64,000 nt of DNA from a bacterium (GTDB lineage Bacteria > Sysuimicrobiota > Sysuimicrobiia > Sysuimicrobiales > Segetimicrobiaceae). The stretch covers positions 250 to 64,249 of the forward strand of contig DASSJF010000010.1 in the NCBI GenBank assembly GCA_035691305.1, read 5' to 3'. The translations under genes were made by a program, and so were the position numbers. This document shows, piece after piece, positions 54,271 through 64,000 of the stretch. The notes below the pieces were generated by a model. It was not told the DNA's origin and did not search any database. It was given only the letters and a program-made list of their open reading frames with translations. The first letter of the stretch is position 1, and each line of letters starts with the position of its first letter.

Positions 54271-54759
54271 ATGCGGTTTCGGCCGGAAGTCGACTATTAC
54301 GAGATCCTTCAGGTCCACCCTCGTGCCTCGGCGGAGATGGTCAAGAAGGCCTACCGCACGCTCATGGGCGAGATGGGCGGGCACCCGGACCTCGGCGGGG
54401 ACGAAGAGCGCGCGAAAGCGATCAACGAGGCCTACTCGGTCCTCGGCGACCCGGACCTCCGGCGCGCCTACGACCAAGCCCGTGCCCGGACGGCGCCGAG
54501 AGGGTACGATGGAGGATTCGGAGCCGGAACCCCGGGCCGGCCCACCTGGCAGGGCCCGGCCGCCGCGGGACGAGGCCCGGGCGGCGAACTCGAGCACTGG
54601 GCCGTGTTCGTGACCAAGGTGATGTACTCGGCCATCGTGGTCGTCGCGGGCATGATGATCGCCCGCATCGTCAAGAGTCCGACGATCGATCTCGCCGATA
54701 TGGTGGCGACACTGGCCGTCCTCTTCCGGATCTGGCAGCAGACCGGCGGCGCCCGCTAG
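54271..54759 (+). CDS. J-domain (DnaJ-like) protein with C-terminal membrane anchor
   Basis: 162 aa. DYYEILQV, the HPD motif in GGHPDLGG, and AYSVLGDPDLRRAYD. C-terminal hydrophobic stretch VMYSAIVVVAGMMIARIV. TGTTACAAT (extended -10, 54253-54261) lies 9 nt upstream of the ATG. Confidence 0.8.
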   Translation: MRFRPEVDYYEILQVHPRASAEMVKKAYRTLMGEMGGHPDLGGDEERAKAINEAYSVLGDPDLRRAYDQARARTAPRGYDGGFGAGTPGRPTWQGPAAAGRGPGGELEHWAVFVTKVMYSAIVVVAGMMIARIVKSPTIDLADMVATLAVLFRIWQQTGGAR

Positions 54760-54845
54760 GGCGCACGTTTGTAAGAGGTCGGCGCGGCAACGCGGCGAAA
54801 GACCGCAATCTCATATCAAGATCACTTGTGAGGAGGAATCGGCCG

Positions 54846-54914
54846 ATGCTTCTCGTGTTCATGCTGCTTGCCGGGCTGATTCTCGCGATGACCGGGCATT
54901 TGATCCTGCGGTAG
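54846..54914 (+). CDS. Candidate 22-aa hydrophobic mini-protein
   Basis: Below the ORF-track size cut-off; I translated it manually as MLLVFMLLAGLILAMTGHLILR-stop. GAGGAGG lies 8 nt upstream of the ATG. It forms a single predicted TM helix. Confidence 0.4.
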   Translation: MLLVFMLLAGLILAMTGHLILR

Positions 54915-54962
54915 ATCGCGTCCGGTTCGCAAGGCGAATGCGACGCGCCTTGTGCGTGGTGT

Positions 54963-56315
54963 CTAGAGCACCGGCACCGCCGCGCGCCATGAGGTCGCCG
55001 TTTCATACGCCGCGGCGAGCCGTAGAACGGTCACTTCATCGAACGGCCGGCCGCCAAGCTGCAGCCCGAGCGGCAGCCCCGCGTTGGTGAATCCACACGG
55101 CACCGTGACGCTCGGGAAGCCAAGGAAGCTGAACGGCCGGTTGTAGACCGGCGATCCGGTGCTGGCAAGGCCCGCCGGCGCGGGCCCCGGCGCCGATGGC
55201 GTGGCGAGCACGTCCACCGTCTGCAGCAGGCCGCGCATCTCTTCGATCAGCAGCGTCCGGATCTGCTGCGCGCGCAGGTAGGCGGGCGCCGGGACGTGGA
55301 AGCCCGTTTCGATGATCGCACGGAGCCTGTGTCCGTAGTCGTCAGGGCGCGCGCGGTAAGTGTCGGCGTGGACGGCCGCGGCCTCGGTGTTGTGGATGAT
55401 CTCGTGGGCGTCCATCGCCGCCTCGAACAGGTCCGGCAGCCGGACGTTCTCCACGCGGCAGCCGACGTCGCCGAGCACCCGCAGCGCCTCGCGGTACGCG
55501 GTCGCGCCCTCCGGGTCGAGGTTCTCGTTGAAGTAGCGGTCCGGCACACCGACCCGCAGTCCCCGGACGGCCGCGTCGCTCGCGCGCGCGTCGTCGAGCT
55601 CATCCGCGGCGCGGGCCGCGGACGGCGCGGCGACTGTGCTGGGGTCGTTCGGATCCGGCCCGGCGATCGCGTCGAACAGCATCGCGACGTCGTGAACGGT
55701 GCGGGCCATCGGGCCCGGGTGGTCGAGCGTCCACGCGAGCGGATGCACGCCGTAGCGGCTTACGCGGCCGAACGTCGGCTTGAGCCCAACGACACCGCAG
55801 AACGCGGACGGCCGGCAGATCGATCCGGACGTTTGGCTGCCGAGCGCGCCCTGGCACATCCGCGCCGCGAGCGCGGCGGCCGAGCCGCTGCTCGACCCGC
55901 CCGGCGTGTTCCCGAGCGCCCACGGGTTGCGGGCGGGCGATGGATCGAAGGACGCGAATTCCGTCGTGTGCGTCTTACCCACGATGACGGCGCCGGCGCG
56001 CCGCAGGCGGGCGACGGCCGTCGCATCGTACGCGGGCGTAAACCCCGCCATGATCTTCGAGCCGCACGACGTCTCCACGCCCTCGGTATAGAAGATGTCC
56101 TTGACGCCGATCGGAATGCCGCGCAGCGCGCCGCCGGTCGCCTTGCGGGCCGCGGCGCGCGCGTCGTCGGCGCGGACGCGCGCCCACGCGTGGACGCGCG
56201 GATCCACGCGTTCGATGCGGTCGAGCGTTGCGTCGAGCAGTTCGCCCGGCGAGAGGCGTCCCGCCGCGATCGCGGCGGCGGCCTCGCTGAGGGAGAGCTC
56301 CCAGGGCAGGCTCAT
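54963..56315 (-). CDS. Amidase signature family enzyme (GatA-like amidase)
   Basis: 450 aa. GIPIGVKD and the amidase signature GNTPGGSSSGSAAALAA. Confidence 0.9.
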   Translation of the reverse strand: MSLPWELSLSEAAAAIAAGRLSPGELLDATLDRIERVDPRVHAWARVRADDARAAARKATGGALRGIPIGVKDIFYTEGVETSCGSKIMAGFTPAYDATAVARLRRAGAVIVGKTHTTEFASFDPSPARNPWALGNTPGGSSSGSAAALAARMCQGALGSQTSGSICRPSAFCGVVGLKPTFGRVSRYGVHPLAWTLDHPGPMARTVHDVAMLFDAIAGPDPNDPSTVAAPSAARAADELDDARASDAAVRGLRVGVPDRYFNENLDPEGATAYREALRVLGDVGCRVENVRLPDLFEAAMDAHEIIHNTEAAAVHADTYRARPDDYGHRLRAIIETGFHVPAPAYLRAQQIRTLLIEEMRGLLQTVDVLATPSAPGPAPAGLASTGSPVYNRPFSFLGFPSVTVPCGFTNAGLPLGLQLGGRPFDEVTVLRLAAAYETATSWRAAVPVL

Positions 56316-56590
56316 CCGGACGGGGTTACGGACGCGGGGCGGGGCCGGCTAGGCGTCGCCGCGGTAGAGCCGCGGCGCTCCGGCCGGCTCCGTCTCGCGC
56401 GGCACCGGTGTCGCGCCGACGCGCTCGATGCGCTGTTTGGTAACGGTCCACTCCTCTTCGAACCGCTCTCCGTGATCGGGCAGTCGCAGCAGCGCGTGGA
56501 TGCCGCCCGGCTTGGACGGGTGGTCCCGATGCGACGAACCCTCGTGATGCATACAAGGGGGTTGGCGCGGAGGGCGGAAACCTCCTTCCC

Positions 56591-58102
56591 GTGACCCAAG
56601 CAGCCCCGCGCGATGCGGAGCGCCCTCTCGTGCTCGCGCTCGACCTCGGCAGCGGATCGCTTCGGGCGATCGTATACGACCGCCTCGGTCGCGAGGTGGC
56701 CGGTACAGAAGGGCGGGCGCCGACCGTATGGCGGCACACACCGGACGGCGGCGTCGAGGCCGATGCCGACGCGCTCGTCGCCGGCGCCTGCGCGGCGATC
56801 GACCGGGCGATGGCCGGCGCGGGCCCCACCGCCGCGGAGATCCGGGCGGTGGGAATTTCCACGTTTTGGCACAGCGTGCTCGGCGTAGACGGCCACGGCC
56901 GTCCTGTGACGCCGCTGTATTCGTGGGCGGACGGGCGCAGCCGCGCCGCCGTCCGCGTCCTCCGCGCGCGCCTCGACGAGGAGACGGTGCGGCGGCGCAC
57001 CGGATGCGTCTTCCACACGAGTTACCTGCCGGCGCGCCTGCTGTGGCTGCGGACGGAGCGGCCGGGCGCCTTCGCCTCGGCGCGCACGTGGCTCGGCATC
57101 GGAGAATACCTGACGCTGCGTCTGTTCGGACGCGCCGCGTGCAGCATCTCGATGGCGTCCGGAACCGGCATGCTCGACCTCCGGCGCTGCGACTGGGACG
57201 GTGAGGTCCTCGCGGCGCTGGGACTTTCCCCCGAACGGCTCTCGCCGCTCGTGGATCTCGATGCGCCGTTTGCCGGACTTAGCGCCGAGTATGCGACGCG
57301 CTGGCCGGCGCTCGCCCGGATTCCCTGGCTGCCCGCGGCGGGGGACGGCGCGCTCAGCAACATCGGGACCGGCTGCTCCGAGCGCGGGCGGGCGGCGCTG
57401 AGCCTCGGCACGTCCGGGGCGCTCCGCGTGATGTGGCCGGGCGACGTGCCTGAGGTGCCGCGGGCGCTGTGGGTGTACCGCGCCGACCGGCGACGCGTGC
57501 TGACCGGCGGGGCCGTGACCAACGGCGGCAGCGTCTACCGGTGGATGCTCGACACGCTCGCGCTCGGCGATCCGTCCGGCATCGAATCCGCGCTGCTCGA
57601 GCGCGCGCCGGACGCGCACGGCCTTACGGTCCTGCCGTTTTTCTCGGGCGAGCGCAGTCCGGATTGGCCGGTCTCGTCGTGCGGCGCGGTGTTCGGCCTC
57701 ACCGCATCGACGCGGCCGCTCGATCTGTTGCAGGCCGGACTCGAGGCGGTGGCCTACCGGCTCGCGACCGTCTGGGACGCGCTGGGCGCGGCGGCGCCGG
57801 ACATCCGGGAGATCGTGGCGAGCGGCGGCGCGCTGGCCCACCTGCCGGCGTGGCTGCGAATCTTCGCGGATGTGTTCGCGCACGACATCGTGCGATCCGC
57901 GGAAGACGAGGGCAGCAGCCGGGGCGCCGCGCTGCTCGCGCTCGAGGCGCTCGGCGCGGCGCGGATTGAGGAGATGCCGGTCCCCCGTGCCGCCACGGTC
58001 CGTGCGGACGCGGCGCGCCACGCCGTCTACCAAGACGCGCGCGCGCGCCACGCCCGCGTCGAACGGTCGCTCGAGACGCGGCGCGCCGAGGGGACGGCGT
58101 AA
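56591..58102 (+). CDS. FGGY-family carbohydrate kinase (gluconokinase/xylulokinase-like)
   Basis: 503 aa. LALDLGSGSLRAIVYD (N-terminal ATPase motif), AAGDGALSNIGTGC, and FFSGERSP. GTG start with a weak SD, so the start is uncertain. Confidence 0.75.
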   Translation: MTQAAPRDAERPLVLALDLGSGSLRAIVYDRLGREVAGTEGRAPTVWRHTPDGGVEADADALVAGACAAIDRAMAGAGPTAAEIRAVGISTFWHSVLGVDGHGRPVTPLYSWADGRSRAAVRVLRARLDEETVRRRTGCVFHTSYLPARLLWLRTERPGAFASARTWLGIGEYLTLRLFGRAACSISMASGTGMLDLRRCDWDGEVLAALGLSPERLSPLVDLDAPFAGLSAEYATRWPALARIPWLPAAGDGALSNIGTGCSERGRAALSLGTSGALRVMWPGDVPEVPRALWVYRADRRRVLTGGAVTNGGSVYRWMLDTLALGDPSGIESALLERAPDAHGLTVLPFFSGERSPDWPVSSCGAVFGLTASTRPLDLLQAGLEAVAYRLATVWDALGAAAPDIREIVASGGALAHLPAWLRIFADVFAHDIVRSAEDEGSSRGAALLALEALGAARIEEMPVPRAATVRADAARHAVYQDARARHARVERSLETRRAEGTA

Positions 58103-58334
58103 CGGCACCGCGTCGGGCCAGGCAGGACTTCCAACCTCCGGCTGAAACCCCGGCAGCGCGTCGGCTCGTGGCGGAGGGCGCCCGAGGGGGGATTCACGCC
58201 GTGACAGCCGGCGCTCTGCAATCGTAGAATAGGCGTTGACGGCCGCGAGTCCCGGCAATCATGGAACAATAACAGTGACGCGCAGCCTGTACCGCGGGTA
58301 CCGCGTGCGCCACAACGGCCTCCGGGAGTAGAGT

Positions 58335-60440
58335 ATGCCGACCGGCACGCAGACCATCGATCAACTCTGCATCAACACGATCCGGACCCTGTCGATCGAC
58401 GCGGTCCAGAAGGCCAATTCCGGCCACCCGGGTGCGCCGATGGACGCAGCGCCGATGGCCTACCTGCTGTGGACCCGGCACATGCGCTACAGTCCGAAGG
58501 ATCCGGACTGGCCCGACCGCGACCGGTTCGTGCTGTCGGCCGGTCACGCCAGCATGCTGCTGTACAGCATGCTGCATCTGACCGGATACGACCTGACGCT
58601 CGACGACATCAAGCAGTTCCGCCAGTGGGGCAGCCGCACGCCCGGTCACCCCGAGCGCCGCTGCGCGCCCGGCGTCGAGGTGAGCACCGGACCGCTCGGC
58701 CAGGGGTTCGGGAACGCGGTGGGGATGGCCATCGCGGAGCGCTGGCTCGCGGCGCGGTTCAACCGGCCCGGGCATGCGATCGTCGACCACCGGACGTACG
58801 TGATCGCGAGCGACGGAGATTTAATGGAAGGCGTGGCCGCGGAGGCGGCGTCGCTCGCCGGGCACCTCCGGCTTGGACGCCTGATCGTGCTCTACGATGC
58901 CAACCAGGTGAGTCTGTCGGGGACGACGTCCGTCACGTTTGACGAAGACGTCGGCCGCCGGTTCGAGGCATACAACTGGCACGTCCAGCACGTCGACGAC
59001 GGCAACGATCTGGAGGCCCTCGAGCGCGCGATCGCGGCGGCCGCGGCGGAGGAGTCCAAGCCGTCGCTCATCGCGGTGCGCACCCACCTTGGCTTCGGCA
59101 GCCCGCACAAGCAAGATTCGTTCGAGGCGCACGGCAACCCGCTCGGCGAGGACGAGGTCAAGGCGACGAAGCGCGCCTACGGTTGGCCGGAGGACAAGAC
59201 ATTCTACATTCCGGCCGACGCGCTCGAGGTGTTCAGGCGCGCGGTGCCGCGCGGCGAGGGGCTTGCCGCGGAGTGGCGGAGGCGGATGGACGCGTACCGC
59301 CGCGCGTTTCCGGACCTGGCCCGCGAGTTCGACCAGGCGCTTGCGGGCCGGCTGCCGGACGGCTGGGAGTCCAAACTTCCGTCCTTCGGCGCGGCGGAGA
59401 AGCCGATGGCGACCCGCGACGCGTCGGGCAAAGTGATGAACGCGCTCGCGCCCCTCGTGACCAACCTCGTCGGCGGCTCGGCGGACCTGGACCCGTCCAC
59501 GATGACCCAACTCAAGGGCGAGGGCGACTTCGAAAGTCCCGACGCGCCGCACGACGGCGTTCAGGGTGCGTCCGGCGGCCCGTGGAGCTATGCCGGCCGC
59601 AACGTGCACTTCGGCGTCCGCGAACACGCGATGGGCGCCGCGCTCAACGGAATGGCCGCGCACGGCGGCGTCCGGCCGTACGGTGCGACGTTCCTTGTTT
59701 TCTCTGACTACATGCGCCCGAGCGTGCGCCTCGCCGCGCTCTCGGACCTCGACGCGATCTACGTGTGGACCCACGACAGCGTCGGCCTCGGCGAGGACGG
59801 ACCGACGCACCAGCCCATCGAGCACCTGGCGAGCCTGCGGGCGATTCCGAATCTGGTCGTGCTGCGGCCCGCGGACGCCAACGAAACCGTGGAAGCATGG
59901 CGCGCGGCCCTGCGCCGCACCGGCGGGCCGACCGCGATCGTCTGCTCGCGCCAGAAGCTCCCCGTGCTCGACCGCGGCACGCTCGCGCCGGCGGCGGGCG
60001 CCGCCCGGGGCGCGTACGTGCTGGCGGATGCCGCCGGGAAGGACGGGGGCCGGAAACCCGAACTGATCCTGATCGCCACCGGCTCCGAGGTGCCGCTCGC
60101 CCTCGAGGCGCACCAGCGGCTCGCGGCGGACGGCGTGCACTGCCGCGTCGTGTCGATGCCGTCGTGGGAGCTGTTCGAAGCGCAGCCGAAGGAGTACCGC
60201 GACCAGGTGCTGCCGCCGGACGTCCGCGCGCGGGTGAGCGTCGAAGCCGCGGCGACGTTCGGGTGGGACCGGTGGGTCGGCGCCGAAGGCACGATCATCG
60301 GGATCGACCGGTTCGGCGCGTCCGCGCCCGGTCCCACGGTGCTGAAAGAATTCGGATTCACGGTCGAGCATGTCGTGGCGGCGGGCAGAGCGTCGCTTGA
60401 ACGCACCCGCACCGCCGAGACAGGGAGGGCACTGCGATGA
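58335..60440 (+). CDS. tkt: Transketolase
   Basis: 701 aa. [46 protein letters not shown] and [19 protein letters not shown]. Confidence 0.95.
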   Translation: MPTGTQTIDQLCINTIRTLSIDAVQKANSGHPGAPMDAAPMAYLLWTRHMRYSPKDPDWPDRDRFVLSAGHASMLLYSMLHLTGYDLTLDDIKQFRQWGSRTPGHPERRCAPGVEVSTGPLGQGFGNAVGMAIAERWLAARFNRPGHAIVDHRTYVIASDGDLMEGVAAEAASLAGHLRLGRLIVLYDANQVSLSGTTSVTFDEDVGRRFEAYNWHVQHVDDGNDLEALERAIAAAAAEESKPSLIAVRTHLGFGSPHKQDSFEAHGNPLGEDEVKATKRAYGWPEDKTFYIPADALEVFRRAVPRGEGLAAEWRRRMDAYRRAFPDLAREFDQALAGRLPDGWESKLPSFGAAEKPMATRDASGKVMNALAPLVTNLVGGSADLDPSTMTQLKGEGDFESPDAPHDGVQGASGGPWSYAGRNVHFGVREHAMGAALNGMAAHGGVRPYGATFLVFSDYMRPSVRLAALSDLDAIYVWTHDSVGLGEDGPTHQPIEHLASLRAIPNLVVLRPADANETVEAWRAALRRTGGPTAIVCSRQKLPVLDRGTLAPAAGAARGAYVLADAAGKDGGRKPELILIATGSEVPLALEAHQRLAADGVHCRVVSMPSWELFEAQPKEYRDQVLPPDVRARVSVEAAATFGWDRWVGAEGTIIGIDRFGASAPGPTVLKEFGFTVEHVVAAGRASLERTRTAETGRALR

Positions 60441-61606
60441 CCGACAGCACTCGCGGCGCGAAGGGCGGCGCCGATCCGATCCGGGCGCTCCTCGACGCCG
60501 GGCAGAGCGTCTGGCTCGACTTCATGCACCGGGGCATTTTGAAATCGGGCGAGCTCCGCCGTCTCGTCGAGACGGGCATTCGCGGCGTGACGAGCAACCC
60601 AACGATCTTCGAGAAGGCGATTACCGGCAGCCACGACTACGACGAGCAGATCTCGAAGCTCGCCGCCGAGGGTAAGAGTACGACGGAGATCTACGAAGCG
60701 GTCGTCGTCGACGACATACGCGGGGCCGCCGATACGCTGCGCCCGGTGTTCGACGCGACGGGCGGCGCGGACGGGTTCGTGTCGATCGAAGTTTCTCCAC
60801 TCCTCGCGCACGACACGCCGGGCACGATCCAGGAAGTGCGGCGCTGGAACAGCCTGATCACCCGGCCGAACGTCATGGTCAAGATCCCGGGGACGCCGGA
60901 GGGCTACCCGGCGATCGAGGAGATGATCGCGGAAGGCCGGCATATCAACATCACGTTGTTGTTCTCCATCGAGGCCTACCGCCGCGTCCAGGAGGCGTAC
61001 CTCCGCGGGCTCGAGCGCCGGGTCGCCGCGGGCGAGCCCGTTCATCAGGTCGCGTCCGTCGCGAGCTTCTTCGTGAGCCGGATCGACACGGAAGCGGACA
61101 AGCGGTTGGAGGCGCGCGCCGCGGCGGCTCCGCCCGAACAGGCCGAGACCCTCCGGGCGCTGCGCGGCAAGGTGGCCGTGGCCAACGCCAAGCTCGCGTA
61201 CCGCCTGTACCAGCAGACCTTCACCGGCGCGCGGTGGCAGGCGCTCGCGGGCCGGGGCGCCCGGGTCCAGCGGCCGCTGTGGGCCAGCACCAGCACCAAG
61301 AACCCGGCGTACCCGGACCTGCTGTATGTCGAGACGCTCGTCGGCCGCGACACCATCAACACCCTGCCGCCGCAGACGATCGAAGCGCTGCGGGACCACG
61401 GGCGGGTCGTGCCCGACGCCGTGACGCGGGGTGTCGATGAGGCGGACCGCGTGTTCGCCAAGCTGCGCGAGGTCGGGCTCAGCATCGACGCGGTCACGCA
61501 GGCCGTCCTCGACGCCGGCGTGCAATCGTTCGCGGATTCGTTCAACCAGCTGACGAAGGCGATCGCCTCGCGGTCGCAGGACGTCAAGGCGGGAGGGCGC
61601 CGGTGA
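60437..61606 (+). CDS. tal: Transaldolase (long, actinobacterial-type)
   Basis: ATGA overlap with the tkt stop. [34 protein letters not shown] and ASFFVSRID. Confidence 0.9.
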   Translation: MTDSTRGAKGGADPIRALLDAGQSVWLDFMHRGILKSGELRRLVETGIRGVTSNPTIFEKAITGSHDYDEQISKLAAEGKSTTEIYEAVVVDDIRGAADTLRPVFDATGGADGFVSIEVSPLLAHDTPGTIQEVRRWNSLITRPNVMVKIPGTPEGYPAIEEMIAEGRHINITLLFSIEAYRRVQEAYLRGLERRVAAGEPVHQVASVASFFVSRIDTEADKRLEARAAAAPPEQAETLRALRGKVAVANAKLAYRLYQQTFTGARWQALAGRGARVQRPLWASTSTKNPAYPDLLYVETLVGRDTINTLPPQTIEALRDHGRVVPDAVTRGVDEADRVFAKLREVGLSIDAVTQAVLDAGVQSFADSFNQLTKAIASRSQDVKAGGRR

Positions 61607-62499
61607 AGGTCGGGTTCGTCGGTTTCGGACGAATGGGCGGCAACATGGTCACCCGCCTCTTGCAGCGCGGGCACACGATCTCGGTGTTTGCGCGCCGGGC
61701 CGAGGTCCGGGCCGAGGTGAAGGCCCACGGCGCGACCCCGGCCGCCTCGATCGCCGAACTGGTCGGCCAGCTACAGCCGCCGCGCATCGTGTGGATGATG
61801 GTTCCGTCGGGCGATCCGGTGGAACAGACGATCGCGGAGCTGACGCCGCTGCTTCAGAAGGGTGACGTCATCGTGGACGGCGGCAACTCCAACTACCGCG
61901 ACTCGATCCGGCGCGCGGCGGCCGCCAAGGCGAAGGGACTCCAGTACATCGACGCCGGCACGAGCGGCGGCATCTGGGGCCTGGAGGTCGGCTACTGCAT
62001 GATGGTCGGCGGTGATCCGGAACCGGTTAAGATGCTCGAGCCGGTGTTCCGCGACCTCGCGCCCGAGGACGGCTACCTGCACGCGGGCCCGAGCGGCGCC
62101 GGCCACTACGTGAAGATGATCCACAACGGCATCGAGTACGGGATGCTGCAGTCCTACGCCGAGGGCTTCGCGATCCTCCACGCCGCGCCGTTCCGGCTGG
62201 ACCTCCGCAAGATCAGCACGCTGTGGAACCACGGCAGCGTCGTGCGATCCTGGCTGCTCGAGCTGGCCGAGCGGGCGTTTACGGGCGACCCCAACATGGA
62301 GACGATCCGCGGGTACGTCGAGGACTCCGGGGAAGGCCGCTGGACGGTGCAGGAAGCGATCGACCGCAACGTCCCGGCGCCGGTGATCACGCTCTCGCTG
62401 CTGCAGCGGCTGCGCTCCCGCGAGGACGAGGACTTCGGCGACAAGGTGATCGCGGCGCTGCGGAAGCAGTTCGGCGGCCACGCGACCAAGCCGAAGTAG
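61603..62499 (+). CDS. gnd: 6-phosphogluconate dehydrogenase (decarboxylating), short YqeC-like form
   Basis: GTGA overlap with the tal stop. 298 aa. [30 protein letters not shown] and VKMIHNGIEYG. Confidence 0.85.
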   Translation: MKVGFVGFGRMGGNMVTRLLQRGHTISVFARRAEVRAEVKAHGATPAASIAELVGQLQPPRIVWMMVPSGDPVEQTIAELTPLLQKGDVIVDGGNSNYRDSIRRAAAAKAKGLQYIDAGTSGGIWGLEVGYCMMVGGDPEPVKMLEPVFRDLAPEDGYLHAGPSGAGHYVKMIHNGIEYGMLQSYAEGFAILHAAPFRLDLRKISTLWNHGSVVRSWLLELAERAFTGDPNMETIRGYVEDSGEGRWTVQEAIDRNVPAPVITLSLLQRLRSREDEDFGDKVIAALRKQFGGHATKPK

Positions 62500-62502
62500 C
62501 GG

Positions 62503-64000
<1,498 letters not shown>

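Noticed and set aside
56349-56741. 130-aa minus-strand ORF
   Set aside because: Its 5' half overlaps the FGGY kinase start region and is Arg/Pro-rich. Only the distal 67 codons could be real, and I list those as a low-interest finding.

Overview
High-GC bacterial chromosomal segment (by eye about 68-72% G+C, not computed). It is densely coding, with about 60 protein genes. I found no rRNA, tRNA, CRISPR array, transposase or integrase in a visual scan of the intergenic gaps. All family calls rest on motif recognition from memory; no database search was run.

Gene content, left to right:
- Peptide uptake and hydrolysis block (1-7305): end of a Dpp/Opp-type permease, an M81/MlrC-like peptidase, a ceramidase-like hydrolase, then a substrate-binding protein plus two permeases with no ATPase genes.
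- Class V aminotransferase, a frameshifted DinB-like remnant, and RidA.
- Minimal arsR-arsM arsenic methylation module, followed by a PaaI thioesterase remnant and a DMT transporter.
- Four-gene, stop/start-overlapping operon: ABC ATPase, ABC-2 permease, DUF72, and LigD (PE-Lig-Pol order). No Ku gene is present in the window.
- ilvE-like aminotransferase, YihY, and a secreted PQQ-like beta-propeller protein.
- Accessory-looking metabolic island (20.8-33.9 kb). A five-gene minus-strand operon (GS-like ligase, SDR, PAT-type acetyltransferase, ParB/Srx-fold protein, SAM methyltransferase) lies divergent from a CysK-like gene coupled to phnA (phosphonoacetate hydrolase). These are followed by a class III aminotransferase and a Liv-type ABC importer.
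- Long ArsR-family regulator with a DMT transporter, a BCP-type peroxiredoxin, and a second class III aminotransferase.
- Phosphate block: glpD, an orphan DUF47 gene, phoP-phoR, a Pho-box-like repeat, and pstSCAB-phoU.
- M20 peptidase, then a RAM-only Lrp/AsnC protein coupled to 2-oxoacid dehydrogenase E1alpha/E1beta/E2 (no E3), then an acyl-CoA synthetase.
- Two very small ORFs with strong Shine-Dalgarno (SD) sites, a membrane J-domain protein, and an amidase.
- FGGY kinase followed by tkt-tal-gnd-zwf (zwf is cut by the window end).

Recurrent architectural features:
- Four-nt ATGA/GTGA stop/start overlaps occur at 13 gene junctions.
- Several start codons have a -10 box 7-11 nt upstream and no SD, suggesting leaderless or near-leaderless mRNAs.
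- Regulatory regions stand out as short AT-rich islands.

The best candidate for an undescribed system is the 20.8-33.9 kb island, especially the ParB/Srx-fold gene embedded in and translationally coupled within a small-molecule enzyme operon next to phnA.
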